Origin: a virus
Length of the DNA: 64,000 nt
IMG/VR virus record: IMGVR_UViG_3300026484_000110
Direction: 5' to 3' (one strand)
The position numbers were made by a program, and so were the translations under genes. Positions 31,466 through 43,900 of this stretch are shown piece after piece. Positions within the stretch are counted from its first letter, which is position 1. The number at the start of each line of letters is the position of its first letter. The notes beneath the pieces are model-generated. The model searched no databases and was not told the DNA's origin. It was given only the letters and a program-made list of their open reading frames with translations.

Positions 31466-32023
31466 ATGTTAAAAGGTATTGTTTGGAGAAGCCATATAAC
31501 AGGTCTACTTACACTTGCTAGAGCAGTTGAAAAAGATGATAAAACAATAGTCAGAATTATTGGAGATAGTTCAGGAATCTATCCTATAAGTAAAATATTT
31601 TATGTAAAAGATTTTAGTAAATTTAAATATATGTATACCATATCTGCAAAGCCACATAAATTTAATTTTATGTATTGGTTAAAGGTTAGAGGTAATTTGA
31701 AAGATGCGGTAGGATTATTAGGTGCTGAATTAATAAATGAAAATCCTAATTTAAAAGAAATTGATGAAAACCTATCTATTATAATAAAATTAATAGAGAA
31801 AGATTTAGATAATAAATTCAGACCTAAAAGAAAAAACGACTATTGTCATATGTCAAAAGACATAGAAGGACTATTTGATTTTATAGATCAAATCAGGCAT
31901 AAAGCAGTTATATGTCCAAAAGAAGCAGGAGGTAAATTAAATGTATTTATGAATGTGGTGTTGGAAAGAGTAGATGACCTATTATTGTATAGAGAAGCAA
32001 TTAATAAATCACTATTATATTAA
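31466..32023 (+). CDS. Hypothetical protein
   Basis: ORF track; AAGGAGTCTAAAATG start context. Confidence 0.7.
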   Translation: MLKGIVWRSHITGLLTLARAVEKDDKTIVRIIGDSSGIYPISKIFYVKDFSKFKYMYTISAKPHKFNFMYWLKVRGNLKDAVGLLGAELINENPNLKEIDENLSIIIKLIEKDLDNKFRPKRKNDYCHMSKDIEGLFDFIDQIRHKAVICPKEAGGKLNVFMNVVLERVDDLLLYREAINKSLLY

Positions 32024-32033
32024 GGAGGAAATT

Positions 32034-32642
32034 ATGGAAAGTATTATACCAATGGACCTATTAGCAGAAATCGCAGCAAATAAAGCACAATTGAAAATAC
32101 CTACTAAATTTACAGTTAATGATTTAACTAACGTATTTAACGAAATAGGTAATGAAGTAGGAATTGAGATAAAATCTACTACAACATCTGGTAGAGTAAT
32201 TTACAGTGCCTGGAATCGTGAGTATATTGAAACTAGAAAAGACTTTACATTAGAGAGTGCTTTTGAATTGGCTAAAACAATCTATGGAGACTACTTTACA
32301 GATTTCGATACCGAACCATTATGGCATCTAAGATTTTGGGATGTTATGCAAAAATTCGTAAGGACATTATTACGTAACACAAGATTTCTAACGAAAAAAC
32401 AGAAAGATTACTTAAACAGAAGTTTATGCAATGTACGAATAATAGATGATTTACTGGGTGCTGCAACATGCAGAGAAAATAAAGTCATTGAAGATGAAGT
32501 TATAACTAACATTTTGACAATAGATGTTTTGGAAACTGTAACAAAAGAATTGGGTTATGAATGCAATTATGAAGTATTGAAAGAAGACAATGAATACATC
32601 CCAAAATACTTACGTAAATTTAAAGTTAGAATAGTTGGGTAA
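32034..32642 (+). CDS. Hypothetical protein
   Basis: Start moved to the ATG after AAGGAGG. Confidence 0.7.
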   Translation: MESIIPMDLLAEIAANKAQLKIPTKFTVNDLTNVFNEIGNEVGIEIKSTTTSGRVIYSAWNREYIETRKDFTLESAFELAKTIYGDYFTDFDTEPLWHLRFWDVMQKFVRTLLRNTRFLTKKQKDYLNRSLCNVRIIDDLLGAATCRENKVIEDEVITNILTIDVLETVTKELGYECNYEVLKEDNEYIPKYLRKFKVRIVG

Positions 32643-32714
32643 CCAACTATTCTTTTTTTCTTTTTTACTATATGGGTTTGAATTCCATGAAAAGCACTAC
32701 ATAAGGAGAATAAG

Positions 32715-35700
32715 ATGGATTTAAGATTTAAAGAATGGTATAGAAAATACGGTACTAGGAAAATGACTGACTTTGTCACTCCGAAATTGATTAATTTAGA
32801 TAATATTTTCTACCCTAGAAATACTATTATACATTTTTATAATATGGATAGTAACATTTTCCCAACAACAAATATTTCGTATTTAAGAAATATTAAAAAA
32901 GGAATAGTTACAAACTTAGTAGATTATAATAAACCAGTATTTGATGTTAAAAAGAAAACAGTATCGGAAACTACATTTAATAATAATCTAAAAAGAAGAT
33001 TTACGGATTTTAAAATTGTACCACCTAGTAAATTAAACAAACAAATAGAAAACAATCATAGTCTAATTAGGAAATATAATATAATTTACAATTATAGTTT
33101 TATAAATCAATTCTATAGGTATAAAAACTTATATTTAGACGAATACTATAAATTTAGAAATATAGGTAACACAATATTTTCGAATATAATAAACATTAAC
33201 AATATGAATTTTAAACCTAGTGAACAACCTAATCACTTTGTAATAATGAATTTACCATCTACATTTTATAGTAGACAAATCTTATTAAAATACATACATC
33301 AAAAATGGACTAATAGACAGTTATTAAATCTATTTTTCGATTATAACAGATTGAACATTTTAGAACTATTTAAAGCAATAATTAAAGAATTTAAAATAGA
33401 AACTAAATATGACCTAATAAGGAAAAAAAGAGATTTGGACAGTGTGAATATTCTATTTGTCCTTGAAGATAAAGGTATTATAATAAATTTAGGGATTTTA
33501 TTCAGCATGCTTAAAACATATCCCGAACTAGATTACAATACAAAAGTAGAACCTGATAAAATGTTTAAATTATTACACTATATGTTACATGCGATGTATG
33601 TATTACCTGGTTTTACCGTAGATGAGATTGAAACAGGTAAACATGAAGAAAAAATAAAAGATATACTAAATATAAAAGAAAAAACTAATTTATCAAACAT
33701 AGTAGATAATGAAGATAATAGTAAAGTATATCTGGTAGAGGAAATCGATGATAATACAGTAATAGACGATGAAAAGGAAATAGATAAGATAATAGAAAAA
33801 GATGAAGAAACCGAATTAGACATAGATGAAGAGATAAAGACTATTCCCAAATACAAACATATAAAAGAAATGCTCACTACTGATGATAATCCTGCTACTG
33901 ATGTAGATAAAACATTAGAAGCTATAGCAAAGGACATGGATTTAGATAATAAAAAATTAACGAAGATAAAGAAACAATTTGAAGAAGTCTTAAATACTCC
34001 TTCGCCGTTTGGTGATGAAAATACTATAAAAGACTTACTAGAAATAAGTGAACATGAAATAGAAATAAAGAGTGAAGAAAAGAAATTACCAAATGTAAAA
34101 GTAGCATTCGATAAAAAGATGCTAGAAGACCCTATTACAACTATAGATAAAAAATATATAAAACATGTTTATAAAAAAGATATCACTAGGACTGTGTTCA
34201 GTCTACAAAGAGCAGGTATGCTAGTTAAAGATTATAAAGTGGAAAAAGAAGATTCTATATTAGGAGAATATGAAATACATGAAATTACTTTTACAGATAT
34301 TAAAAAAGGTACTCATAAAGTTAAATTAAAACTACCTACAATAAACGAAGACGGTGTTTATAGTATGTCTGGTAACAGATATTTATTACGAAAAAGTAGA
34401 CAAGATCTGCCTATTAAAAAAATTGCTTTTAATAGAGTAAGTCTGTCGAGTGCATATGGTAAACTATTTATAGATAAAGCACCTCTTAAAAAATACGATA
34501 TAGGTTTTAGTATTAAAAAACAATTGACTAAAATGCTAGATAATAATAAAATTAGAAACTTAGTTTTAGGTAACGAAATTCCGCCTGATTTAAAGTTACC
34601 CATAGAATATACATGGTTTATGAGATATATAAAATCTTTTAGACTAAATAACATATTTTTTAATTTCGATTATGAAAATAGAGAGAAGATAGTAATAGAG
34701 AAAGGTCTAAAATTAGAAGATATTGAAAAGGATGGTTATGTTATCTGCGGTACAATAGATAACGACATATTAGTAATAGATAAAGATAATGTACTATACA
34801 GGTATAAAAATAAAAAGTATATTAAAATAGGTAAACTGATTGATGTTGTAGGTTTGGATAAAAAGAAACTAACTAGAGATTATTCAATGGTAAAGATTTA
34901 TAAAAATTATACACCAGTAGTATTTATGCTAATGTTTTACTTAGGATTAGACAATATGTTTAAAATACTAAATATAGACTATGTGAAATATGAAGGTAAT
35001 AAACAAAATAAAGATGAAAATACAATTGTATTTAAAACCAAATTCAGTACCTATTTCGTTAAACCAAAAAATGAAAAAGAAATGATGTTATTAAAAGGAT
35101 TAACACATTGGAAAAAAGAATGTAAAAGTTATCCAGATAATGTATTTAACGATAAAGATTTGATGCTAAGCTTTTTCAGAGATTTAAAAATACCTTTAAA
35201 TGTAATTACTGAAATAGAGTTATTAGATAATCTTTTTATAGATCCAGTTACAGCAAATACATTAAAACAAATGAAAGAACCTACTACGTTTACTGGTTTA
35301 TTATTAAGAGCTAATGAATTGCTGGCTGATGATAATTATATACATCCACAGAGTTTAAAAGGTTATGTTATCAAAGGTTATGAAAGAATTCCTCAGATGG
35401 TATATAACAAAATGGTAGAAGCTATAAGAAATAAAAAGAATGAAGAATTCTTTGGTAGAAATAGATTAGTATTTGATCCTTATAGTGTATGGAGAATACT
35501 AAATGAAGATAGTGCTAGTGTATTAGAAGACGACTTAAATCCTATAATATATCTAAAACAAAAAGAAGATGTCACTTATACTGGTTTTCTAGGTAGAAAA
35601 AAGGAATCAATGAGTAAGAGTACTAGAGAATTGCATCCTGATGATGTAGGCGTAATCTCTGAAGGTCATAAAGATAGTGGTGATGTCGGTATTTCGGCAT

Positions 35701-37285
35701 ACTTATCCGCTAATCCAATAATAAAAAATTTAAGAGGAATGAAAGGTGAAGAAAAAGAATTAAGTTTTAGTAACATTTTAAGTACCTCTGCATTATTAGC
35801 ACCATTTAGTACAACAGATGACTCAAAGAGGTTAACTTTAGCCTCACTAGTTGGAAACAACTAGGAAAATTAAGGCGGTTAATTCGGGGGAACTCCTAAT
35901 CTAATAAAAGAGGTGATTTTGGTTAGGACAATCCCGAGCCAAGCTCCTATCTGGTTACGACTGGATAGGTAGAAGGTGTAACGACTATCCCGTGAGGGAG
36001 TAGGGTGCAAGCCACTGGCACTCGAAAAGCCGCCCACCCTAACGTAAAGTCGAGGGTGAAGATATAGTCTGGTCTCTATGGTAACATAGAGCAGAAGTTA
36101 ATGATTATGGGTATAAAGAAAAGTTTTATATCCATAACATTAACTTCGGGTATAGGAGTGGCGTCCTATACTGAACACATCGTAAATTTTATAAATATCC
36201 AAAATTCACACGTAATACCCATGAAAAATGCTACAGTTTATCCTGTAAGGACTGGTTACGACTCTGTATTAGCTTATAGATTACCTAAAAAGTTTATAGG
36301 ATTTGCTATTGATGATGGTATAGTAGAAACAGCTAGTAAAAATAAAATAATAGTTAATTACAAAAATAAAGGTAAGAAAACTTATATATTTAAAGATTGG
36401 AATAGTAAAGAAGAATCAAATAGTAGTTTTATACACAGAATGAAATCTAATGTTGTAAAAGGGCAAACAGTTAAACATGGAGATGTTTTATATTACGATA
36501 GTAGTTTCTTCGAACCTGATTTCTTCGATAAAACAAAAGTAACTTATAAACCATATCTTACAGTAACAACAGCTTTAATGGAAATAAATGAAACATTTGA
36601 AGATAGTAGTGCTATATCTAAAAAGATAGCTGATCTAGCAGAAATAGAACAAGTTAAAAGCAAATCAGTAATTTTAGATTGTACAGATGAAATTAGTAAT
36701 GTATTAAAAATAGGAGATAAAGTAAATCCTAACACCGCATTAATGACGATAGGTACTAGTATACTGGATGAAACTGGTAAATTATCAGAAGAGGCTTTAG
36801 ATATTTTACAAGGATTTATAAAGACTACTCCTAAAGCTAAAGTAAAAGGTGAAATAATAGATGTAAAAGTATTTTACCATTGTGAAAAAGAAAACATGAG
36901 TGAGTCAATAAGAGAAATAGTAGAATATGCTGAGAAATTTTTAGTAGATAAAAATACTGGTAAAAAATATACTGGTAAGGTAGATAGTAGTTATAGTATA
37001 AAAGGAAAACCTCTAGATCCAGGTAAAATAGAAATTAAATATTACTTTAGATTAGGATCTAAAATGGTAACAGGTGATAAAGCTATTTTTGGTAACCAGT
37101 TAAAAACTACAGTAGGTGAAATATTTAATTATCCGATTGTATCTGACTCTGGTAAAGAAATAGATGCATTATTTAGTGCTAGAGCAATTTACGCTAGGAT
37201 AGTTAACAGTCCTAGTCTAATGGGTACTACTGCTAGATTATTAAGAGAAATCAGTAAAAAAGCTGCTGATATGTATCTGGGATGA
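32715..37285 (+). CDS. Virion RNA polymerase beta subunit (phiKZ gp178-like), spliced from 32715-35832 and 36183-37285, 1406 aa
   Basis: RpoB-like motifs HPDDVG, TTDDSKR, GDKAIFGNQLKT and IDALFS. Removing the intron joins two track ORFs in frame as DDSKR-L-NFINIQNSH. Confidence 0.88.
35833..36182 (+). mobile_element. Group I intron (350 nt, no ORF) in the virion RNAP beta gene
   Basis: P1: exon GAGGU pairs with GCCUC, with the U.G wobble at the splice site. Core elements: P AATTCGGGGGAAC, Q AATCCCGAGCCAAG, R GTAACGACTA, S AAGATATAGTCT. Terminal G at 36182; P10 UUUA/UAAA. Confidence 0.9.
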
Positions 37286-37343
37286 TTTTCCCAGATACAA
37301 ATATTAGTTTCGTTGAAATAATACGATAAATAAGGAGTAATTA

Positions 37344-38858
37344 ATGGATAGACAGGTAAACAATAAAAAAATAAAAACGTTAATGAAAGAAATTATTATC
37401 CTAACATTAAAAAGAATAGCTGTTGAGGATGATGATTTTAAAAAAGTATTGACTGGAATGGATAATAACGTACTAAAAGATTATGTAGACACTAAAGTAG
37501 AGACTAGAATAAAAGAAATGTTACAAGAATGTGCTGAGAAAAATCCAGCATGTACTGGGACTATAAAGACAATGTTAAATAGTATATTTAGTACTGTTAA
37601 ACTAGAGTCGGTAGATAATGATAACTTTATGCCATTGATACCAGATGTAGATAGTAATCTAATAGAAATGATTGCAAAAAAGATGCTAAACGAAATTTAT
37701 CTATATAGAAAGTTTAATGGTGGATTAAAAGCTTATATAGCTAGTTTAAAAAACCTATTAAACAGTAGTGAAACAATAAATCCTAATGAAATGTTTAAAA
37801 TTACATTTTTGGATAAATTATACTATTTCGATATACTAAAAGAATTTGATAAGTTAAGTCCTACTATTTATAAATTTGATCCTAATAAAGTAGTTACATT
37901 AAATTATGCAGATTTAGACATTGTAAGTTTACCAGATTTGATAGCTAATAACAAAATAGAAATAAATATGGCTATTGAAGATATGATAACACAATTGGAA
38001 GATAGTGAAGAAATTGTATCAAAAGCAATTGATATTTTAACATTACCTACAGCAACAGATATTTATAATAAAATAACAAAATTAAAAATAAAAGATGTAT
38101 ATGTATTAACAGTAGTACAGATTATTTTGGATAACCTATTCGATTTAACAAGTGATAAAAATTTACCTATGTTAAGAGAGGCATTAGGTGGTTTACTAAC
38201 TGAAGTAAATAATCGTCTAAAATATTTTATAGATAGAATAGAAAACTTTATGAATAACAAGATAGTAGTATCTGGTGTAAACATATTAGATAAGTACAAT
38301 TATGAAATTGTAGTAACAAAACCAGTATGGTCTGAATTAAAAAATGAACATCCTGAAGTAAATCTGAATACGCTATATGGATTAGCATTAACAATTGCTA
38401 GTGAGAATCCTGGTACTACTGAAATAGTAAGATATGTTAAAGGAGACGATTTAATAATAAATAAAGAAACATATGATAATGCTATTACTAAATTTATAGA
38501 CATGTTAACATTGAGAAATAAACAAAAAGAAAAAACCAAATTAGCTAGCATGTACTTAATACCAAAACATTTACTACCAAACGGTAAAGCTAACGATGGT
38601 TTATTAACAGAAATTATAACTAATCTGACAGACGAATTAAGTTTATCAACATTATCCGATATAAACGCTACAGCTAAATCAATCATAACTGAATATGCTA
38701 TTAAAACAAATAATACAGGTTATGTATGGTTTTTATGGGGACTAGAGGATATACAAAAACTATTAGGTAAAACTGATATTGATCCAGATGAAGGATATTT
38801 TCTAGGTAGTATAGAAACTCTACTTAGATGGTTAACAAATCAAATTAGAATAGTATAG
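37344..38858 (+). CDS. Hypothetical protein, possibly virion-associated
   Basis: ORF track; AAGGAG SD; directly follows the virion RNAP beta gene. Confidence 0.65.
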   Translation: MDRQVNNKKIKTLMKEIIILTLKRIAVEDDDFKKVLTGMDNNVLKDYVDTKVETRIKEMLQECAEKNPACTGTIKTMLNSIFSTVKLESVDNDNFMPLIPDVDSNLIEMIAKKMLNEIYLYRKFNGGLKAYIASLKNLLNSSETINPNEMFKITFLDKLYYFDILKEFDKLSPTIYKFDPNKVVTLNYADLDIVSLPDLIANNKIEINMAIEDMITQLEDSEEIVSKAIDILTLPTATDIYNKITKLKIKDVYVLTVVQIILDNLFDLTSDKNLPMLREALGGLLTEVNNRLKYFIDRIENFMNNKIVVSGVNILDKYNYEIVVTKPVWSELKNEHPEVNLNTLYGLALTIASENPGTTEIVRYVKGDDLIINKETYDNAITKFIDMLTLRNKQKEKTKLASMYLIPKHLLPNGKANDGLLTEIITNLTDELSLSTLSDINATAKSIITEYAIKTNNTGYVWFLWGLEDIQKLLGKTDIDPDEGYFLGSIETLLRWLTNQIRIV

Positions 38859-39041
38859 AGAGTATTGACTCTCTATACTGATTTTATTCTTTTTTTATCT
38901 ATATATTATTAAAACGAGAATCTAAGGATTTTACTAAAAACTAAAAAAGGAGTTCAAAATGGAAAAACTAACATTCTGCTTAAAGTAAATAGATGCAACT
39001 TTCTAAAAGTCACTGTACGCTCACCTAGCGATTTCCTAGAC

Positions 39042-40820
39042 GTGCTAAATAAACTAATAACAACATTACCTAATGGAAAGTTTAATACCGATCTAGAGCT
39101 ATCACTAACTACCCATACCAGTGACTGCGATTATCTAATAAAAGATTTAAATACCTCAGAATTAGCAGTTTTTGATAAAAATGGTAAAAAGGTAATGACT
39201 ATATCTAAAACAAAATATCCGAAATTTGCTAATTGGATAAAATGGGAAAGACCACAGTTTGAACTTTATGAAACAACAACGGAAACAAAACAACCAGATT
39301 TAAACAACAATTCCCAAGAAATTATTGTAAAAAATGAATTTTTAAATAGTCTAGAAGATATATTAAAAGAAACAAACAAAAGCATTTGTTTAACTTCTGA
39401 AGGTGAATTATGTTTTACGGACAAAGAAGACCAGATGGATTATATACCAATACCTGTTAGAAATCAACTGTTAAAAATGGATTATGAAGAATTCAAAAGA
39501 CAGGTAGAATATATTAGAACAGAAATAGCAAGAACAAGTAAAAGCAGAAAATACACTGTTTATCTAAAGACAATAAAAGATTATTATCTAAGATTTATTA
39601 TTAAAGCTAAATCATTAAACTACTGCCTATTGAATATTTCTGACTACTTAGCGTATAAACGTAAAGATGATGATTTTTTAGCAATTGATTTAATATCAAA
39701 ATTACCACTTAACGCAGAATATCTTCTAAAAGAAACTGAAAAACGTGATTTTATTCTGTATAGAATAAACCCTGAATTTGATTCTAACAGTAAAGGAATA
39801 AAAATTATTGAATCCGATACTGGAAAAAGAATTGGTATAAAAACTACAGAAGATTGGTGGAATAATCTTAAAGAATTAAAAGAAACATTATACGAAGAAG
39901 GAGTAAAAATGAATTTCAAAAATAAGGACGAAGCAATCGACAAACTCTATAAAGTATTAAGAGATACAAATACATTTCTAGATTTGGACTTAGAGGATTG
40001 TAAAATAGGCGCTAGGATAAACAATCATGGAAATATGGACCATTATATATCTGGTAATTTTGCAAACTTCTTTGTAACATTGAACAATGAACAAGCTATA
40101 AAATTAGTGGAGACTATAATTCCTATAATTCAACGTGAGTTTGATCCAGAGCATACTGTTACAACTAACGTATGTCTAGTTACAAGCGTATTGCCTGATT
40201 TAAATTACTGTTATGAGCAACCTAACAACAAGGAATTACCAGAAATGGAAAATTTAATACTTTCAGAAATTAAAGTAAAAGACGGATACAAATATGAAAC
40301 TTACGTGTCCCACGATGGAAAAAGAAAATTTATAGCAAAATACAAATTAGAAGAGTTTAAAGAAATAGAAACCAACATAACAAACATTTACAGTAAATTT
40401 AAAGAAAATAAAAAACTAACTAATGAAGAGAACGGATATGTGATCCAATACATCGAAAACAAAATTTCGAATAAAAAATCAATAAGTAATGAAGAAATGA
40501 GACTATTTATAATTGCTATTTATTCTAGAATTTGCTGGATATTAAATGCAGTAAAGACATTTCCTGATCTATCTTCTAAACTAGATGAGGTGTTTGATAC
40601 AGTAAATGAATACTTAAATACTGCCAAAAAAGTAGGTTACCTAAAAGATTTCCATACGGTTCTATTTAATGGGATTGAACTTTATATGGCAGACGAGAGT
40701 AAAGAAGACCATATGAACTTGGTAGATGATTTACATTTAGTATTTACTATGTTACTATCAAAGCTTACTGTGGCAACAACCGAAGAATATCAAAAATCAA
40801 ATACAGTACCAGAGGGATAA
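39042..40820 (+). CDS. Large hypothetical protein; likely true start 38959 with a 1-nt frameshift
   Basis: The reading frame stays open upstream to ~38958. The SD-preceded ATG at 38959 is out of frame by one base across an A5 run. A second in-frame SD plus ATG lies at 39909. Confidence 0.65.
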   Translation: MLNKLITTLPNGKFNTDLELSLTTHTSDCDYLIKDLNTSELAVFDKNGKKVMTISKTKYPKFANWIKWERPQFELYETTTETKQPDLNNNSQEIIVKNEFLNSLEDILKETNKSICLTSEGELCFTDKEDQMDYIPIPVRNQLLKMDYEEFKRQVEYIRTEIARTSKSRKYTVYLKTIKDYYLRFIIKAKSLNYCLLNISDYLAYKRKDDDFLAIDLISKLPLNAEYLLKETEKRDFILYRINPEFDSNSKGIKIIESDTGKRIGIKTTEDWWNNLKELKETLYEEGVKMNFKNKDEAIDKLYKVLRDTNTFLDLDLEDCKIGARINNHGNMDHYISGNFANFFVTLNNEQAIKLVETIIPIIQREFDPEHTVTTNVCLVTSVLPDLNYCYEQPNNKELPEMENLILSEIKVKDGYKYETYVSHDGKRKFIAKYKLEEFKEIETNITNIYSKFKENKKLTNEENGYVIQYIENKISNKKSISNEEMRLFIIAIYSRICWILNAVKTFPDLSSKLDEVFDTVNEYLNTAKKVGYLKDFHTVLFNGIELYMADESKEDHMNLVDDLHLVFTMLLSKLTVATTEEYQKSNTVPEG

Positions 40821-40935
40821 ACTATCCCTCTGGTATTTCTTTTTTCCAATCTTTTTTTAAGTATATATTATTAATTTGGTCTAGGTAGTTTCTAGACTAA
40901 TTGTGATCACAATTATTCTACTAAAAGGAGGCCCA

Positions 40936-43900
40936 ATGCCTGTTGTACAACGTATAAAAAATCTGGACGAATACTTTCACGCTACAGAAAGAAAGTTGTT
41001 GCTGAATAATTTTAGTCTTTTAGAGACTAATCCAGAAGACCTAGTAAAACTCCTCTATACTAAATACGAGGATGAAATCACATTAATACCACAATGTGAG
41101 TGTGGTAATTATAAAGGAGCTTATCTATTAGGTAAAGTGTGTCCTAAATGCAATACCACAGTAATCAAGACGTTTGATGAAATTAAACCATTACTCTGGA
41201 TTGAACAATTTAGAGATGATTTACCATTTTTAAATCCTCACTTTTGGACACAGATGCGGTATCTATTATCCAGAAAAATAGATTGCGTAAGATGGTTAGG
41301 TGATACATCATACAATCCACCAGGAGTACCTGCATTTATGCAAACTATTAAAGAATTAATAGGAGGTAGAGGATATAAAAATCTAATTTCCAATATAGAA
41401 AAGATTTTACTATACGTAGCCAATAATAGTCTTTTCAGAGCTAATGGTAAAGATGTTAAAGCTAAAAAGCTATTAAAAGAATATCAGGAGAATAAAGATA
41501 AACTGTTTTCCAGTTATCTACCACTGATAAATAAAAGACTATTTGTAATGGAAGTCACTAATAAGGGTAATTATACTACATCCATGTTAGCCGATACAAT
41601 AGACATAGCATTATTTGCTATCAAGTTAGCTAATCTGGATAAAAACAGTAAAAAGGTAGAAAACGGTACAGCTACCCTAATAGCTAATTTAAGTAACTTA
41701 TTTAACAAGTATGTAAAAGAAAAATTAGCTGGTAAAAAAGGTATGGTAAGAAAACATATTTATGGTAGTAGATCCCATTTTACATTCAGAGCAGTAATTA
41801 CGTCATTACCATCTACTGCTGACTATGATGAATTATGGGTACCGTGGACAATAGGAGTAACAGCATTTAGACCGCATCTGTTAAACAAACTGTTAAAAAG
41901 AGGATTTACCTATAAGAAAGCTAGTAGACTGTTATTTAATTCAGTAAACAAGTATGATCCACTAATAGACGAGCTCTTAATCGAATTAATAAAAGAGAGT
42001 CCTTATAAAGGAATACCTATATTGTTTAACAGAAATCCAAGCCTTCTTCAAGGTTCAATTCAGCTACAATATATAACCAAATTCAAAAAGGATGTTAGAG
42101 ATAAAACTATCAGCGTAAGTATGCTAGTAATAAAGGCGCCAAACGGTGATCCATTGACTACCCGTTAAACTTAATAAATTTTATTATTATGACTCCTTAT
42201 ATTGAATATTTAAAAAAGGAGTTAAGAATGAAAACAAAAATCAAAAAACAATTTATAAAATACCCAGAGATTCACAAATACCCAAAAGGTTTAGAATGGT
42301 TAAAGGATGCTATAAAATACGTTCCTGCCAAAATAAGACAAGGCAATGGTCCGTATGAAATAGTTCGCATACCGATGTTTGACGCACCTGTTGTATTTTG
42401 CAGTATAAAAACAAGAAAAGAATATGCTGTTGTCCCAATAGCGCCTAGATATGTCGTGGATAAAGTTGGTAATGTTTATGACCTACTAACAAAAACCAAA
42501 CTAAAAACACATGGTCATAACAGCGAATATGAATATGTCGTAATCACAACACAAACACATCCCCAGTACAGAACAACGGTGCACCGCCTTATGGCTTATG
42601 CGTGGTTACCAAACAACGACTTTGTTACAGATTACATTGTGGACCATAAAAATAATGACAAAAAGGACAATCGTTTAGAAAACATTCACTGGACTACTAT
42701 GGAACAGAATTCTGCTAACGTACATAGTAGAACAAACCTAAAATTAGGTATGTATGTGTTAACAAATGTGCTAGATAAAAAGATATGGTTTTGCGATAAC
42801 TTAAACAGAGTGAGTGAAATATTAGGATTGAGTAAATCCACCATATCCGAGAAAAAGACACCATCTTGGTTTAACAAGACATCTAATTCAGAGACAGAAC
42901 CTGATGAGTTATATTATCTAACAGATGACAATAGTTACAGACAATATCTCATGGATCCCAGTTTAATAGATTTACCATGGGGTGTGATTGTTAAAAACAA
43001 GGAAACTGGTGAATTAGAGTTCTATAACAATAAGACTAAATTATGGAGAAAATTGACTGGTGAAAAAGGATACTTATATAAAGATTCTGACTTATTGGAC
43101 GTCTTAAAAGACCATGAAAAGTATGAGTTATTTAAACTACACAAAAAGCAGTCTAAGGAACCAGTGAAAGTCAAAAACTTGGTTACAGGTGAAGTAAAAG
43201 AATTTAATGGTATAAAACCGGCTAAAAAGCTTTTAAAGATAAGTACTACTAAGTTAGCAGAATTTCTAAACGATGACAAGTGTTATAACATAAATGGCTG
43301 GGTGCTATGGAAAAATGGTAAATGGTGTATGGATGACTTAATTAATTATAGTAGAAATACACCTGTATTGGTAGAATTTAAAGATGGAACAAAAAAGGAA
43401 TTCAATGGTATACGGGAGGCAGCTAGACATCTTAATGTAAATCAAAAGACTATTATTAACTTTATGAAAGGTAAGAATGCTCCTATAATAGATTCTCTGG
43501 GTATTAAAAGAATTGTTAAAGTTTAACGGGTCGAGGTCACCCTAGGGTAGTAATACTCTAGCAAAATACTCCCCTAACTGCGGGAACCGTGTAAAAGCTA
43601 TGGCTACCACTCATACCGGGAAACCGAGTATGATACTCATCCCAGTAATGGAGGTGATGAGCATGGTGAAAACGTCATAGTGTTGCGGGATCGACGCAGC
43701 GAAGTCCCTACGTCTTCTATAGATATGGGATATGTTCAGAGGCCACCGAAAGCTGCGACTATGTCGAAAGACATAGTAATAGTGAGGGTAAGGTAAGACT
43801 GCCCGCTGGTAGTGTGACTACTGGTAAAGCGAGTAGGGTACCATCTATATAGATGGGAAACGGGGAGCATCCGACTGCCTAAGGGATGAATTGTCCTATG

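Noticed and set aside
36101-36182. N-terminus MIMGIKKSF... of the 394-aa track ORF
   Set aside because: It lies inside the group I intron; the real frame enters at 36183 by splicing.
39042-40820. Chimallin call based on position upstream of the non-virion beta' gene
   Set aside because: No recognisable similarity to the chimallin sequence as I recall it; position alone is insufficient.
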